The notes under the pieces are model-generated. The model searched no databases and was not told the origin of the DNA. It worked only from the letters and a program-made list of their open reading frames with translations. This document shows positions 1-42,865 of a stretch of DNA of 64,000 bases, one piece after another. Every line of letters begins with the position of its first letter. Within the stretch, counting starts at the first letter, position 1. A program made the position numbers and the translations under genes. This DNA comes from Chrysomallon squamiferum (Eukaryota; Animalia; Mollusca). The stretch spans positions 20,212,001-20,276,000 of the forward strand of contig CM022673.1 of assembly GCA_012295275.1 (NCBI GenBank). Reading direction: 5' to 3'.

Positions 1-490
1 GAAACAAAAGGATAAAATTATTTCTCCCTAAAATATCAATGACGTACCGTATAAATAAATGTCTGCATATTTTACTGTCCGAATGCCATCGCTAACCTCT
101 AAAAGACAACCACATACACCTAGGCACACATTAATACAACCATAGACACAAACTTGTATACGAGTAAAGAGATAGACGGATATAGAATAGCCAAACAAGT
201 GAGTAAACACGTACAACATTAATATAGGAGATAAAGAAATACGCCTGTTCAGTCTATTCTAAACTGGCATGTTAGTAACAAATAGTCGATATGTTTATAA
301 TAATAAATGGTGGGGGAAAATTTTAAAAAAAGACTGCTCTATATATATATTTCTTTTTTTCTTTTCATTATAATTTTATATCTGTAATACACGATAGTAA
401 CAGTTATTTTATATCACATTATGCCACAGGTTGTTATGTTTTGCAATGATATTTATTATATTTATTTTTTTTCTTTTTACTATTTTTCAG

Positions 491-30640
<30,150 letters not shown>

Positions 30641-30767
30641 TTAAATAGAAGACGGCTGCTCGTATATTGAAATCACTTCAGAAATCATCAAACATTGTTA
30701 CACAGAGAATTACACATTATTCATGTAAAAGGAAGTAAAACACTGTGATGAAACGTGTCGCTGAGAA

Positions 30768-30773
30768 AATAAA
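30768..30773 (+). terminator. Candidate polyadenylation signal
   Basis: AATAAA about 130 nt after the inferred stop; weak evidence in AT-rich DNA. Confidence 0.3.
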
Positions 30774-31059
30774 AATATTTTGTTGAATATTTCGTTATTG
30801 CTTTATAGCAAATTGAAGATGAATCCAGATAAGTTTATAATCCTGATTTAAATGTGTTATAATGACAGTTTTTAAACATCATTTTACTTTTTATTTATTT
30901 ACTCTCTTTACTATTTGTTTCAGTTTTTATATTTATCAGATATAAACAAGAATATTGGATTATAGTTTCATACCTTATTATCATCATTATTATTATTATT
31001 ATTATTGTTGGTGTTGTTGTATTGTTGTTGCCAGTGGTGACAGTGGAGGCATTTTTGTC

Positions 31060-31560
31060 ACCAAACAACGTTGCAATAGTATGTTGAAATCAATACCTTG
31101 TGTGGCCGTCAGCAGCAATCACATGACTTCTCCTTGGCATGACATCCCCTTGGCATAGACCGAATGCGTTTCTGAATCTGGGCACGTGTAATCATAGCCC
31201 ATTCTTTCTGCAGTGTATAAGAGAATCGCAGAAGCGTATAAGGCTCCGGGTTAGGTCTGTCTAGTTCGTCCCATAGCTGTTCAATAGAACAGAGATCTAA
31301 CGATCTTAATGGCAATACATTAATGTTCTATTTCTGCAGGAATTCCATTGCGGCCTGGCATAGAGTTTTCTCTGTGGATCCAATATCGGAAGCATTTCAT
31401 TCTGGTGGCGTACAGCCGCCAGATTCCTTGTACGAACATAAGTTTATTTCTGGCGATTTATGAGATGGATCCACTGTTTACTATTTGGTGACGCAATTTT
31501 TGGGAAAATATTCACTGTAGAAGGAATAAACTCGCAGTCAATTTCCCACGTTCCACCCCG
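31060..31560 (-). mobile_element. Tc1-like transposase fragment (decayed)
   Basis: ORF 31109-31315 PLRSLDLCSIEQLWDELDR...LQKEWAMI...IRSMPR matches the SPDLNPIEHLW C-terminal block of Tc1 transposases. Boundaries are approximate. Confidence 0.75.
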
Positions 31561-31734
31561 ATTAGTGCACACGTAAATATCTGTTGATATATTGAGTTTT
31601 TTCTTAGTTTAATGACAGCTAATTTACGTTTTATCCACTTGAGAAAACAACCAATTAATAATGATAAAAAATAATAAAATCAAAACTGAGAAGTGATTAT
31701 GAATCAAGATATATTGAACAATCCTATGTAACTT

Positions 31735-33645
31735 TTATTAAAAGAGGCAAGAGGGCTGAGCTAACAGAGATGGCAAATATTTATTATATTTCAGTTGACC
31801 GGTCAAACAAAATAAACCAAATCAGAGAAATATTAACAAAGGCTTTATTTGGAGATAGTATAGATAACGAAAGTGGGGGAAGTAATGACAAAAGTGTAAC
31901 TCCGAGTATAGAAGAATGACTGCTTTTAAAGTTAGTGACACAGGTTATGTTGTTAATACACCAAATCGGGGTAGGTCGACAAGGTTTTGCCATATTAATC
32001 TGTTGAAGGCTTTTCATGATCGAGTTCCGACCAATCAAACGATGATTGTTGAAGTTAATCAGTTGGAAATGTCTGTTAGGCCGACAGATTTTAGCTACTC
32101 TAACATCGTAAGGATTGTACCATTTTCGTGATATGTCACTCAGACTGAAGAGAGCCCCTGCAGCATTTCAAAGATCAATGAACCGTATGCTTGAGGATTT
32201 GGCAATGTTCAGGTATACCGTGATGATGTTCTGGCAAAAGACATTTGCCAAGACCACATAAACAACTTAAGAGAATTTTGTGCTAGACTTTGAGAGCTAT
32301 GCTGACTGTTAACCTCACTAAATGTGAATTTAGTTAAGCTCAGGTGACATTACTAGGACATATACTTGGCTTTGGATAAGTGGCACCAATAACAGCTAAG
32401 ATGGATTGTATAATTCAGTACCTACCTTCTACTACTCGAAAAGAGGTGAGACGTTTTCTCGATATGACAGGACATCGTTTCTGTCCACATTTTGCAACTG
32501 TCGCTGCACCCATAATATCTCTATTACAGAAGGGTAACAAATTCAGCTGGACAGAATAATGTTAATCTCAAGACTTCCAGGAATTAATGAACATGCTCAG
32601 TTCAACACCTATGATTGCAGCACCCAGTCAGCAGCAACCATTCAAGCTGGCTGTAGACGTTAGTAATGTTGTTTCCTGGAAAGTTCTGTTTCAAGAAAAT
32701 CACAGGGTTTTTTTTCAAGAAAATTATTCAACTATTGAAAAGGAAATTCTTCACTTGATTCAAGACTTGAAACATTTTTCAAGTGTATGTGAAATCTGTA
32801 CTTCACCCAGAATCTGTCTATGTGGGCCATAATCCCCTTAACTTATTCATACATCGCATGAAGAAAATGAATCAGCGAGTTTTACGCTGGAGTTTGATAT
32901 TACAGGAATACTCAGTTACCATGAAAAATATTGCTGAACTAACAACACCATTGCCAGAATATAATGGGGTTTTGATGCCTGTTAATCTTCTGGCGAATTG
33001 GGAAAATAATAATTACTATCTTGCTGATCACGTTACTCTTTAGTGTATTGTTTAACAAAAAAATTCATATGTATTTTATACCGTTGTTCTTTATTATTAT
33101 TATTATTATTATTAATTTGCGTTCTTTATATTATGATGTGATACTAGAACATTTCCATACCGTAGGTATGCTAAATTTTCTAAATGTGAGGAGGGGCACA
33201 TCTCGGAATTCAGATTACGTAACAAATTTAACTTTCTGCGACATCCGTATGTTTTATTTTTACCGCCAATTTCTCAACTCCATGGGGTTGTTTTCAAAGA
33301 GCTGGTATTTGGTAATTAAGGAGAGAGTTTCCAGGTCACATTCGCTCCCTTACATCCGCCCGGACATTTTGATCGACATTCGCCACAAAGACAGAAAAGA
33401 AAGACCCCTTCAGCTGTTCCATCTCCCACAAACAATTACTTAGCAGAGCCAGTTGGTTTACGGCCTTGGACAACTTCAGTATCTCTGTTACACGAAAGGC
33501 TCTCAAAGTGTCCGTCAGCCCTCTCAGTTCCACCAAGTCCCCAATCCCTGGGCTTGGACTGGTAATGTTTAGCGGGGAAAAAAGGTTTCTGTCAGTCTTG
33601 AACCACGTGAAAGGAGAAGGCCCCCCCCCTACTGCAACCCTTACA
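31735..33645 (+). mobile_element. Decayed Ty3/gypsy LTR retrotransposon with integrase upstream of RT (Gmr1-like), with PPT and probable LTR remnant
   Basis: In order: integrase C-terminus (KVSDTGYVVNTPNR...CHINLLKAF), RT (APAAFQRSMN, YRDDVL, NLTKCEF, EVRRFL), RNase H (PFKLAVDVS, NYSTIEKE, HNPL, RVLRWSLILQEY), polypurine tract gtgaggagggg at 33186-33196, then GC-richer sequence ending TTACA at 33645. Confidence 0.8.
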
Positions 33646-34019
33646 CCCCCACCGAAATGAGCCAAAGCATTAAAGCAGAAATGCTCAGTATAAAAAGTTC
33701 CGCAGGCCACCAAATTATTAAACCTGCCTCCAGACCTAAGCCTCCAGGCAAAAATCCTCTCAGAGAAATAACACAGACAATAGTGGCCTACGGCTTCTGG
33801 GAAGACTGCAGAAACCCGTGAATCAGTCAAGCCTTTTTCTGCAGAAGGCTTTACACAGATAAGTAACAAACAAAACAGAATAAAAATAATCTTTAACATT
33901 GCAAAACTACTTCATACAGCATGTGGGAGACAAAACAACATAGACACACAAATATTAAACATCAATCATTAAAAGCTTAATGCAGAACAGTGGGATTGGT
34001 GTTGAAAGGGTAGTACGCT

Positions 34020-34375
34020 CGAAACAAAAACAGTGTATTCTTCATCGGTTTCGCAATCTAAGCTGAAAGTTATCATTTGGCGATGTAAAGGCGTCTCGGG
34101 CTTCCCAGTCTCTCCAGAAGCTTATCAGCCGCTGATGTGATGGTTACTCCGAGAACAACAACTGCAGCTCGTAAAGGCCGTGGATTAGAATACAGCAACG
34201 CATCTCCTGAATGCAACGGTGGAACTCGAGGCTTACGGACTTCCATAACAACGAGTCATTGATTCGTATTTCATAAACGTCACTATGTTTCAAGTGAGAG
34301 TAGACTCGAGTAAACAGCTTCGAACGTATTTCGTCCTGAAACACTACTCTCGAAGTTGTTACGCTAAACTCGTCT
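34020..34375 (+). repeat. Diverged outlier copy of the modular repeat family at 36600-39560
   Basis: Shares tattcttcatcggtttcgcaatct and ctctcgaagttgttacg motifs with the downstream array. Confidence 0.65.
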
Positions 34376-34384
34376 TCTCATACA

Positions 34385-36560
34385 TTATTAGATTTGATAG
34401 TATTTGGTATTATTAGATTTGGTAGTGTTTGTATTAGTTAAAGTAATAACAGCGGTAGAGGTGTTATTAGAGATTATAGTGGTGGTATTAGTGATAGTAA
34501 TAGCAGCGGTTCTCGTCTATTATTAGACATGATATAGCTAGTATTAGTGAATGCTAACAAATAGCCGTACAGGCATGTCTAATAGCATAGTCAGTACCGC
34601 TGCTGTTACTGTCACAAATAGCAGCAATATCATGTCGATTAATGGCACGCCTATCATGTATAGAAACACATCCAGCAGCGCCGCTAATACTTTCACTAAT
34701 ACCAGCACTGTCTAATAATGCGACTAGTACGCTCCTGTTACTTTTATTAATACCACAGGAACCACTGCAATTACTAGCATCACTAATATCCGTGTCATCA
34801 TAACTAATAATATCACCATTACCGCTCCTGTTATCATTATTAATATCAGCACAATCATCTCTAATAATACGACCGGTAACGCGAGTATTATATTCAGTAC
34901 TGCCAGCGATATCATGTCTAATAATACGACCTAAATCGCTGCCATCACCGTCAGAACTAATACGACGACAGAACTGCTGCTATTACCACCACTAATACAA
35001 GCAGTATCCTGTATAATATTACCACTAGTACCAGTGCTATTACCATCAATAATACCACCAGTGCTGCCGCTATTACGTTCACTGATACCAGCACAATTAC
35101 CCCTAAAAATATCACCGGTACCACCGCTGTTACACTCATTAATGTCTAATACTAATACCCGTACCGATCCTATTACCATTACTAATACCAGCACAATCAT
35201 GTCTAATAACACCATCGGTAACTTGCGTATTACATTCAATAACAGCAGCGATATTGTGCCTGATAATACGACCAGTAAAGGTGCCATTACTTCCCGTAAT
35301 ACCAGCACTGTCATATTTAACAATACCACCAGTACCGCTTCTATTATCATTAATAATACCAGCACTATCCTGTCTAAAAATACCGCTAGTACTGCTGCTA
35401 TTACATTCAATAAAGCCAGTACTGTCATGCCTGATAACAACAACACTACAACTGTTATTACCTCAAGTAATGTCAGCACTATGATGTCTAATAATACCAA
35501 CAGTACCGCTGATAATGCCTTCAGTAACACCAGCACTATCACGTCCAACAACATTACCATTACCATCATTAAAATGTACATAATTGTGTCTAATAATACC
35601 TCCAGTGCAGCTGCTGTTAGCATTAAAATACCAGCACTGTATCTAATAATATCACTAGTACCGCTCCTATTATATTTACTAATCCGAACACTGTCATGTC
35701 TAATAATACCACTAGTACCAATCCTGTTATATTCACTAATACGAGCACTGTCATGTCTAATAATACCAGCAGTACCGCCGCCTTTAAATTCATCAACACC
35801 TTGTCTATTATGTATAATAATACCACCAGTGCCTCCGCTATTATATTCACTGATACCAGCACTATTATCTCTAATAATATCACCGGTAAGGCCACTATTC
35901 CATTCATTAACACCTACGCTGTCATGTCTAATGCTAACACCCGTACTGCGCCTATTACCATTACTAATACCAGCACAATTGTGTCTAATGATACCACCAG
36001 TACCACTACTATTACCATCAAGTCTACCAGCACTATCCTGTCTTATATCACCAGCAGTACCTCCGATATTACCATCACTAACACCAGCACTATCGTGCCT
36101 AATAATATCACAATTAAAGCTGCAACTACCTTCCCTCATACTAGTGCTATCGTGTGTAAAAATATTATCATTAAAAATACCATCTCTGATAATACCGGCG
36201 GTAACGCGGGTAATGTATTCACTAATGCTAGTATATCATGTCTTATAATGCGACAGAAACCGCTGCTATAACCGTTACTAATATGATGAGGGTACTGCTG
36301 CAATGCCATCAATAATATCAGCACTATCCTGTCTAATATTACAACCGCTGCTATTACCGTCTATGATACCAGCAGTATCTTGTCTAATGACCGCTGCTAC
36401 TGCCATCATTAAAACGTGCACAATCGTGTCTAATAATACCACCAGTGCAGCTGCTACTAGCATTAGTAATACCAGCACTGTTATGTTTAACAATACCACT
36501 AGTACTGTTCCTGTTATCATTAATCATTCGGGGACAGTCATCTCTAATAATACCACCGCC
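34385..36560. repeat. Degenerate 57-bp minisatellite (~35 copies) with an inverted block at its left end
   Basis: Consensus aataccagcactatcatgtctaataataccaccagtaccgctgctattaccattact, with a 19-aa period (NTSTIMSNNTTSTAAITIT) in the ORF track. Positions 34385-34555 are the reverse complement of the unit. Confidence 0.9.
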
Positions 36561-36599
36561 TTGCCAATCCCTGCCAAAACTTGTCAGCCGCTCATTTGA

Positions 36600-39560
36600 A
36601 TGGTGCTCTGACAGTAACAACTGAAGCTCTTCTCTCGAAGGTGTTATACCCTCACTATTAAATGTGTTATCGCACACCATAAACTTCATTATCAGCCGAA
36701 ATGTAGCTGCATATATGTGTGCACTGTAAGAAAGAGACATACAGATAGATAGATATAAGAGACGCAGCACAGTTTGAAAAAGACAGATAGAAACAGAAAA
36801 CGTAGTACAGTATGAAATATAGAGATAGAAACAAGACAGACAGCACACACTGAATGGAGGAGATCGTGCGGGCTTTTTGTTTAACGACTACTACACTGTG
36901 AACAGAAAGAATGCATTCTTCTCCGGTTTCGCAATCTCTGCTGGTCGCAGATGGCTGCCTGTGTACACGGCACTGTGAGAGCAACAACAGTAGCCCGTAA
37001 AAGACGTCGATTAGAATAAAGCATCAGATATCTTCATTGCCACAATCGAAGATGAGGTTTGCATAACAACCAGTTTCGTAAATGCGGATCAGTTGTGTGA
37101 GAAGCCACATCTAACAGTCGAGAGGAGAACTCCTTCGAGAGAAGAACATCGGATACAAATAACAAATTTGAATTGTTCTGTTCCGATGTTTGAATCGTTC
37201 TCTCAAAGGAGTTCTTCTCTGCACTGTTAGATATGGCTTTCGAAGAGGAATTCCAGCCGAACAGGAGTCGCATGTGTTTTCGATGTAAGAAACAATCATA
37301 CAAACGTGCTCATCATCAAATAAAGTTCATCAACTTCGTTATCAGTGGAACAGCAATTGTATGATTTTCCAACTGCGATCTTACATAGCAATATGTTTCG
37401 TAAATATGGGTCAGTCGGTCAGATGCAACTAACATGTTCGAATCGTTCTGTTCTGAAGATCTTCTCTCGAAGGTGCTACATACTCACTGTTAGATGTGGC
37501 TATGCAAACGTCTTCGAAGAGTCGTTCCAGCCGAACAGATACTGAATATGTCTGCTGTAGGGAAGACAAATAGAGGTATCAAATGTAGCTTAGAACTCGG
37601 TTATCTTCGAAATTGCATGCTTTTTCCCTGTAAGAAAGACACATAGAAACAGAAGATAGATAGCACACTCTGATCGTTGGTACTGTTTCTTTAACGAGAA
37701 GAAACAGAAAGAATGCATTCTTCACCGGTTTCGCAATCTCTGCTGATCGGTGATGACTGCCTGTGTACACGGCACTGTAACAGCTCATAACAATATATGT
37801 CGTGAAAGACGTCAATTGCCATCAGTAAGGCTTGAAATGTTACATAGCAGCGTGTTTCGTAAATGTGGGTCAATGGGTTAGATGCAACAAGAAGTTTCAG
37901 TCGTTCTCTTCTGAAGCTCTTCTCTCGAAGGTGTTACCTACTCACTATTAGATGAGGTCGAGAAAGACGTCGATTGGAATAAGGCATCCTATGTTTTGAA
38001 TTCCACGGGATGAGACTTCAAATGTTACATAGCAACGTGTTTCGTAAATGTGGATCAATGGGTTAGATGCAACTAACAATATCAATCGTTCTGTTCTGCA
38101 GCTCTCCTATCGAAGGTGTTACGTACTATTAGATGTGCATCATTGTCTTCGAAGAGGAGTTCCAACCGATCAGCAGTTGCATGTGTTTTCGATGTAAGTA
38201 ACATGGTCACCATCAAATGTAGCCAATAAGTCCATCATCTTCGTTACTAGTTGAACAGCAAATGCATGTTTCTTCAATAGCCATCTTATATAGCAACGTG
38301 ATTCGAAATTTGGGCAGTCTGTCAGATGCAAATAACAATCGTTCTGTTCTGAAGCTTATCTATCGAAGGTATTACGTACTCACTATTAGATGTGGATTTG
38401 CTCACCATTGTCTTTCGTGGTTCGTAAACGTGGATCAGTCGGTCAGATGCAACTAACAAGCTCAAATCGCTCTGTTCTGTAGTCTCTAAGGTGCTACGTT
38501 CTCATTTTTAGAGAAGGTTGTCTTCCAAGAGGAGTTTCATCCGAACAGTACTTGCATAGTGTAAGAAACACTCATATAAACGTGATCACCATCAAATCGA
38601 GCTGGTAAGTCCATCATCTTTGTTATAGTGGAAAAGGAATTGCATGATTGATGAATTGCCACCTTACATAGAAAGATATTAACTATACGTGGGTCAGTCT
38701 ATCAGACGCAAATAACAAGTTTGAATCGTTCTGTTCTGTGGCTTTTCTCTCGAAGGTGTTACGTTAGAACTATTAGATGTGGCTTTGCACACCATTGTGT
38801 TCGAACAGGAGTTCCAGCCGATCAGAAGTTGTCGTGAAAGACGTCAATTGCCATCACATGTCTTCAATGTCACAATCGAAGGTGAGACTTGAAATATTAC
38901 ATATCAGCGTCTCTCGTAAATATGGGTCAGTGGGTTAGATGCAAATAACAAATTTCGATCGTTCTGTTCTGAAGATTTCCTCTGGAAATAGTTACGTATT
39001 CACTATTAGATGTGGCTTTGTACACCAAAGCGTTCGAAGTGGAGTACCAGCCGATCAGATGTTGCATGTGTTTTCGATATAAGAAACACTCGTACAAACG
39101 TGCTGACCACAAAATGCAGTTGGTCAGTCCCTCATCTTTGTTATCAACGAATTCAACTGCATGATTGTTGAATTGCCACGTTACATAGAATGGTATTTGC
39201 CATATGTGGGTAAGATGCAAATAACAGGTTTGAATAGTTTTGTTCTGTAGCTTTTCTCTCGAAGGTGTTACGTACTTACTATTAGATGAGGCTTTGCACA
39301 CCATTGTGTTCGAAGAGCAATTCCAGCCGGTCAGGAGTTGCATGTCTTCAATGTCACAACCGAAGGTGAGGCTTGAAATGATACACGGCAGTGTGTTTCG
39401 TAAACGTGGGTCAGCGGGTTAGATGCAAATAAGACGTTTCAGTCGTTGTCTTCTGAAGCTCTTCTCTCGAAGGTGTTACCTACTCACTATTGGATGTGGC
39501 TTTGCACACCATTGTCTTCGAAGAGGACTTCCAGCCGATCAGTAGTTGCATGTGTTTTGG
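36600..39560. repeat. Modular complex tandem array (~10 core copies, irregular spacing)
   Basis: Core agatgcaa..aacaa...tcgttctgttctgaag..ttctctcgaaggtgttac.tactcactattagatgtgg recurs near 37190, 37440, 37900, 38085, 38340, 38470, 38730, 38960, 39235 and 39440 with alternative linker modules. Confidence 0.88.
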
Positions 39561-40499
39561 AAAATTAATAAAAGAAGCATAAAAGAGAAGAGGAAGTGCA
39601 GGTGTTTCATTAATTAGTCAAGCAGTAAGGACTCAGCATGTGGTGTGGTGCAAAGCCACAAAACTGGTTTCAATGCATGTGTCATATCCAACAAATGTAG
39701 GCAGATGGATACTATTTCTCGTCTGAAATATCACAGGATTCTTTTCATTGTACTTTTGGCTATGAAGAGTGTATCCAGCAGTTGTAATTAAAATACAACC
39801 AATTTCAGATGGAAAAAATGATGTCAATAAGTTGTTTTGTGTTGTGCATTGGCAACACTGTTATGGTTAAGATGAAATTATTAAATGTCACAGATACAAA
39901 TAACTTACAGGTGTCTGTGACATCATGTTTAATGTATTTTGAATATCTTAGTAAACATTGTAAAATTCAATCTTTTTATTTGGAATGAACATTAAAAAGA
40001 TAAAAGAAAAGAAAGAAAAAAAAAAAAAAAAAAATTCACTTCCACTGGATCACTCACTGTAATTTATTCTATTTTATTAAATGTTGTACTGGTGTCAAAC
40101 TGTACAATAACCAATTTAAAGTGTCAAGCTTACCTTGCTCTATGTCATTTCAGCCTATGTCAAATTCATCTTTGATTCATGTGGTCAAAAAATTAAATTG
40201 TTTAACATTTGTAAACTCCACTTTTCAGCATTGGCAACAGTTGTACATTTTCCTCCACAGTGCAGACTCAAAGCACTTTACAGTGAGAAAGTAAGAAGAA
40301 AACAGACCTAAAAAAATTGATTATGAAATATATTGTAATAGTACTTACAGTACTGAAGTTAATATAAGAAGAAACTTTTGAAAAGTCATCTTTAGAGAAC
40401 CTAGTTCAGTGTGGGACAAAGCAAAGAGGAGACTGTTTCAGAAGTCTTCTTCAGAGTATTACAGGTTTCATTAGTTCTTTCTCAATGTTTTGTCAGACC

Positions 40500-42420
40500 T
40501 TCCGATACCCATTTCAATCACTGTGATACCCATTGTTGCCAGACATACACTACATGTCTGACATTCTTGTAGTGGTAAAACACTAGGGATGCCCATATAT
40601 ATTGTTGTGAAACATCCACTACATGTCTGCTGTTGTTGTAGCAGTAACACACTATGGATACACATTTTTCTTGCACTAAATGTCTGACGTAGTTGTAGTG
40701 GTAAGGCACTAGGGATACCAATATTTATTGTTGTCAGCCATCCTCTACATATCTGTTGATATAATGGTAAACCACCAACCATGCCGTATTTTTTGTTGTC
40801 AGACATCGACTACATGTCTGCTGTTTTAGTGGTAAAACACGAGTGATACCCATATTTATTGTTGTCACTACAGTAGAGCTGTTGTGATAGTGGTAAAACA
40901 CTATTGCTACCAATATTTATTGTTGTCAGACATCTACTACGTCTTCTGTTGTTGTAGTGGGAAAACACGAGGGATACCCATATTTATTGTTCTCAGACAT
41001 CCACTACATTGTTCTGACACATTTACTACATTACTGAAGTTGTTGTAGTGCTGAACTACTAGCCACACCAAATTTATTATCCTTAGATATCCTCTACATG
41101 CATGCTGTTGTTGTAGTGGTAAAACACAAACCATACCCATATTTATTGTTGTCAGACATCCACTACATGTTTGTGGTTGTTAATATGGTTAAACAGTAGC
41201 GATACACAATTTTTTTTTTTTTTTTCGGATATCTACTACATGTCTGCTGTTGTTGTAGTGGTGAAACACTAGCGATACCCATATTTATTGTTTCTGGACA
41301 TACATTACATATCTCACGTTCTTGTAGTGGTAAAACCCTAGGGATATCCATATTTATTGTCGTGAGACATCCTCTACTTGTGTGCTATTGTTGTAGTGGT
41401 AAAACTCTAGCCATACCCATCTTTATTGTTGTCAGAGATAAACTACATATCTGCTGATGTTGTAATGGTATAACACTAGGGATACCCATCTTTATTGATG
41501 TCAGACATTGACTGTATGTCTGATGTTGTTGCAGTTGTAAAGCACTAGGGATACCTGTATTCATTGTTGTCAAACATACACTACATGTCTGCTGTTGCTG
41601 TAGTGGTAAAACACTAGTGATACCCATATTTATTGTTGTCAGACACACACTGCATGTCTGCTGTTGTTGTAGTGGTATAACACTAGTGATACCCATATTT
41701 ATTGTTGTCAGACATCATCTACATGTCTGTTGTTGTTGTAGTGGTATAACACTAGTGATACCCATATTTATTGTTGTCAGACACACACTGCATGTCTGCT
41801 GTTGTTGTAGTGGTAAAAACTAGTGATACCTATATTTATTGTTGTCAGACACACACTGCATGTCTGCTGTTGTTGTAGTGGTATAACACTAGTGATACCC
41901 ATATTTATTGTTGTCAGACATCATCTACATGTCTGTTGTTGTTGTAGTGGTATAACACTAGTGATACCCATATTTATTGTTGTCAGACACACACTGCATG
42001 TCTGCTGTTGTTGTAGTGGTAAAAACTAGTGATACCTATATTTATTGTTGTCAGACATCATCTACATGTCTGTTGTTGTTGTAGTGGTATAACACTAGTG
42101 TTACCTATATTTATTGTTGTCAGACATCATCTACATGTCTGTTGTTGTTGTAGTGGTATAACACTAGTGATACTCATATTTATTGTTGTCAGACATACAC
42201 TACATGTCTGCTGTTGTTGTAGTGGTAAAACACTTGGGATACCCTTATTTGTTGTCAGACATCTAATATGTGTCTGTTGTAAAACACTAGCAATTACATT
42301 TTTTAATTGTTGTTAGACATTGGCCACGTGTCATCTGTTATTATGCTGGTTTGATTATATTTTAATTGTTGTTAGACATTGGTCACATGTCTGGTGTTAT
42401 TGTAGTTGTAAAACACTAGA
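40500..42420. repeat. 69-bp tandem satellite (~27 copies) with a homogenised core
   Basis: Unit tgttgttgtagtggtataacactagtgatacccatatttattgttgtcagacatcatctacatgtctgc, with a 23-aa period in the ORFs. Segments 41617-41822 and 41823-42028 give identical translations. Confidence 0.95.
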
Positions 42421-42559
42421 ACCAGTTAATGACATAGAGTGGGGTATAACTAATTTCTTTTTTTCTTCTTAATACTTTTCCTTTTTCTTTTTTTTTCTCC
42501 CCCCCATTCATTTCATACACCACATCACTCCATCTGTTTATCACTGGAACTCAGCAATG

Positions 42560-42865
42560 TAATTTAATGACATTTCCTCAGTCATCTTTGAGCATACATA
42601 ATCAGGTATTCTCCATGTAATACTTCAACCAACATTCCCAGGTCAAGAACACTGGGTGGGTTGGTCCCATCAGGTGAGCAGATGTCCTTGTCACTGAAGG
42701 ATCCACCCCACAAGTCATCATAATACAGTCCTGTGGCTGTGCATTTCTGTTCCTGGAACTTTGACGCAGGACTGCTGTGTTCCCTGATCTCATAGATGCA
42801 CCCTTTGTAGATATATGTCATGGTTACAGACAACTCTGATATCAGCATGTCAATCTGGTTGTTAT
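42560..42865 (-). pseudogene. Decayed Cys-rich exon, paralogue of 43965-44308 (family unidentified, possibly PAN/apple-like)
   Basis: Reads SVTMTYIYKGC...KCTATGL...GSFSDKD...DGT and, after a frameshift, PVFLTWEC; aligns by eye with the + strand copy. Confidence 0.5.

Noticed and set aside
1-45. Possible tail of an upstream exon (NKRIKLFLPKISM)
   Set aside because: Weak donor and no clear LRR pattern; cannot be supported.
33336-33899. 187-aa minus-strand ORF with a hydrophobic N-terminus
   Set aside because: Lies over LTR-like sequence with no recognisable domain; likely a chance ORF in GC-richer repeat DNA.
34931-36271. 402-, 404- and 191-aa ORFs as genuine genes
   Set aside because: They overlap on both strands and switch repeat register internally, as expected from a stop-poor 57-bp minisatellite.
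39600-40300. Possible minus-strand exons (donor near 40133)
   Set aside because: Stops or unrecognisable translations in the tested frames; no supportable gene model.
40500-42420. CRISPR array, or metallothionein/zinc-finger gene (CCCC and CxxC repeats)
   Set aside because: No unique spacers, eukaryotic context, and frequent frame-breaking indels.
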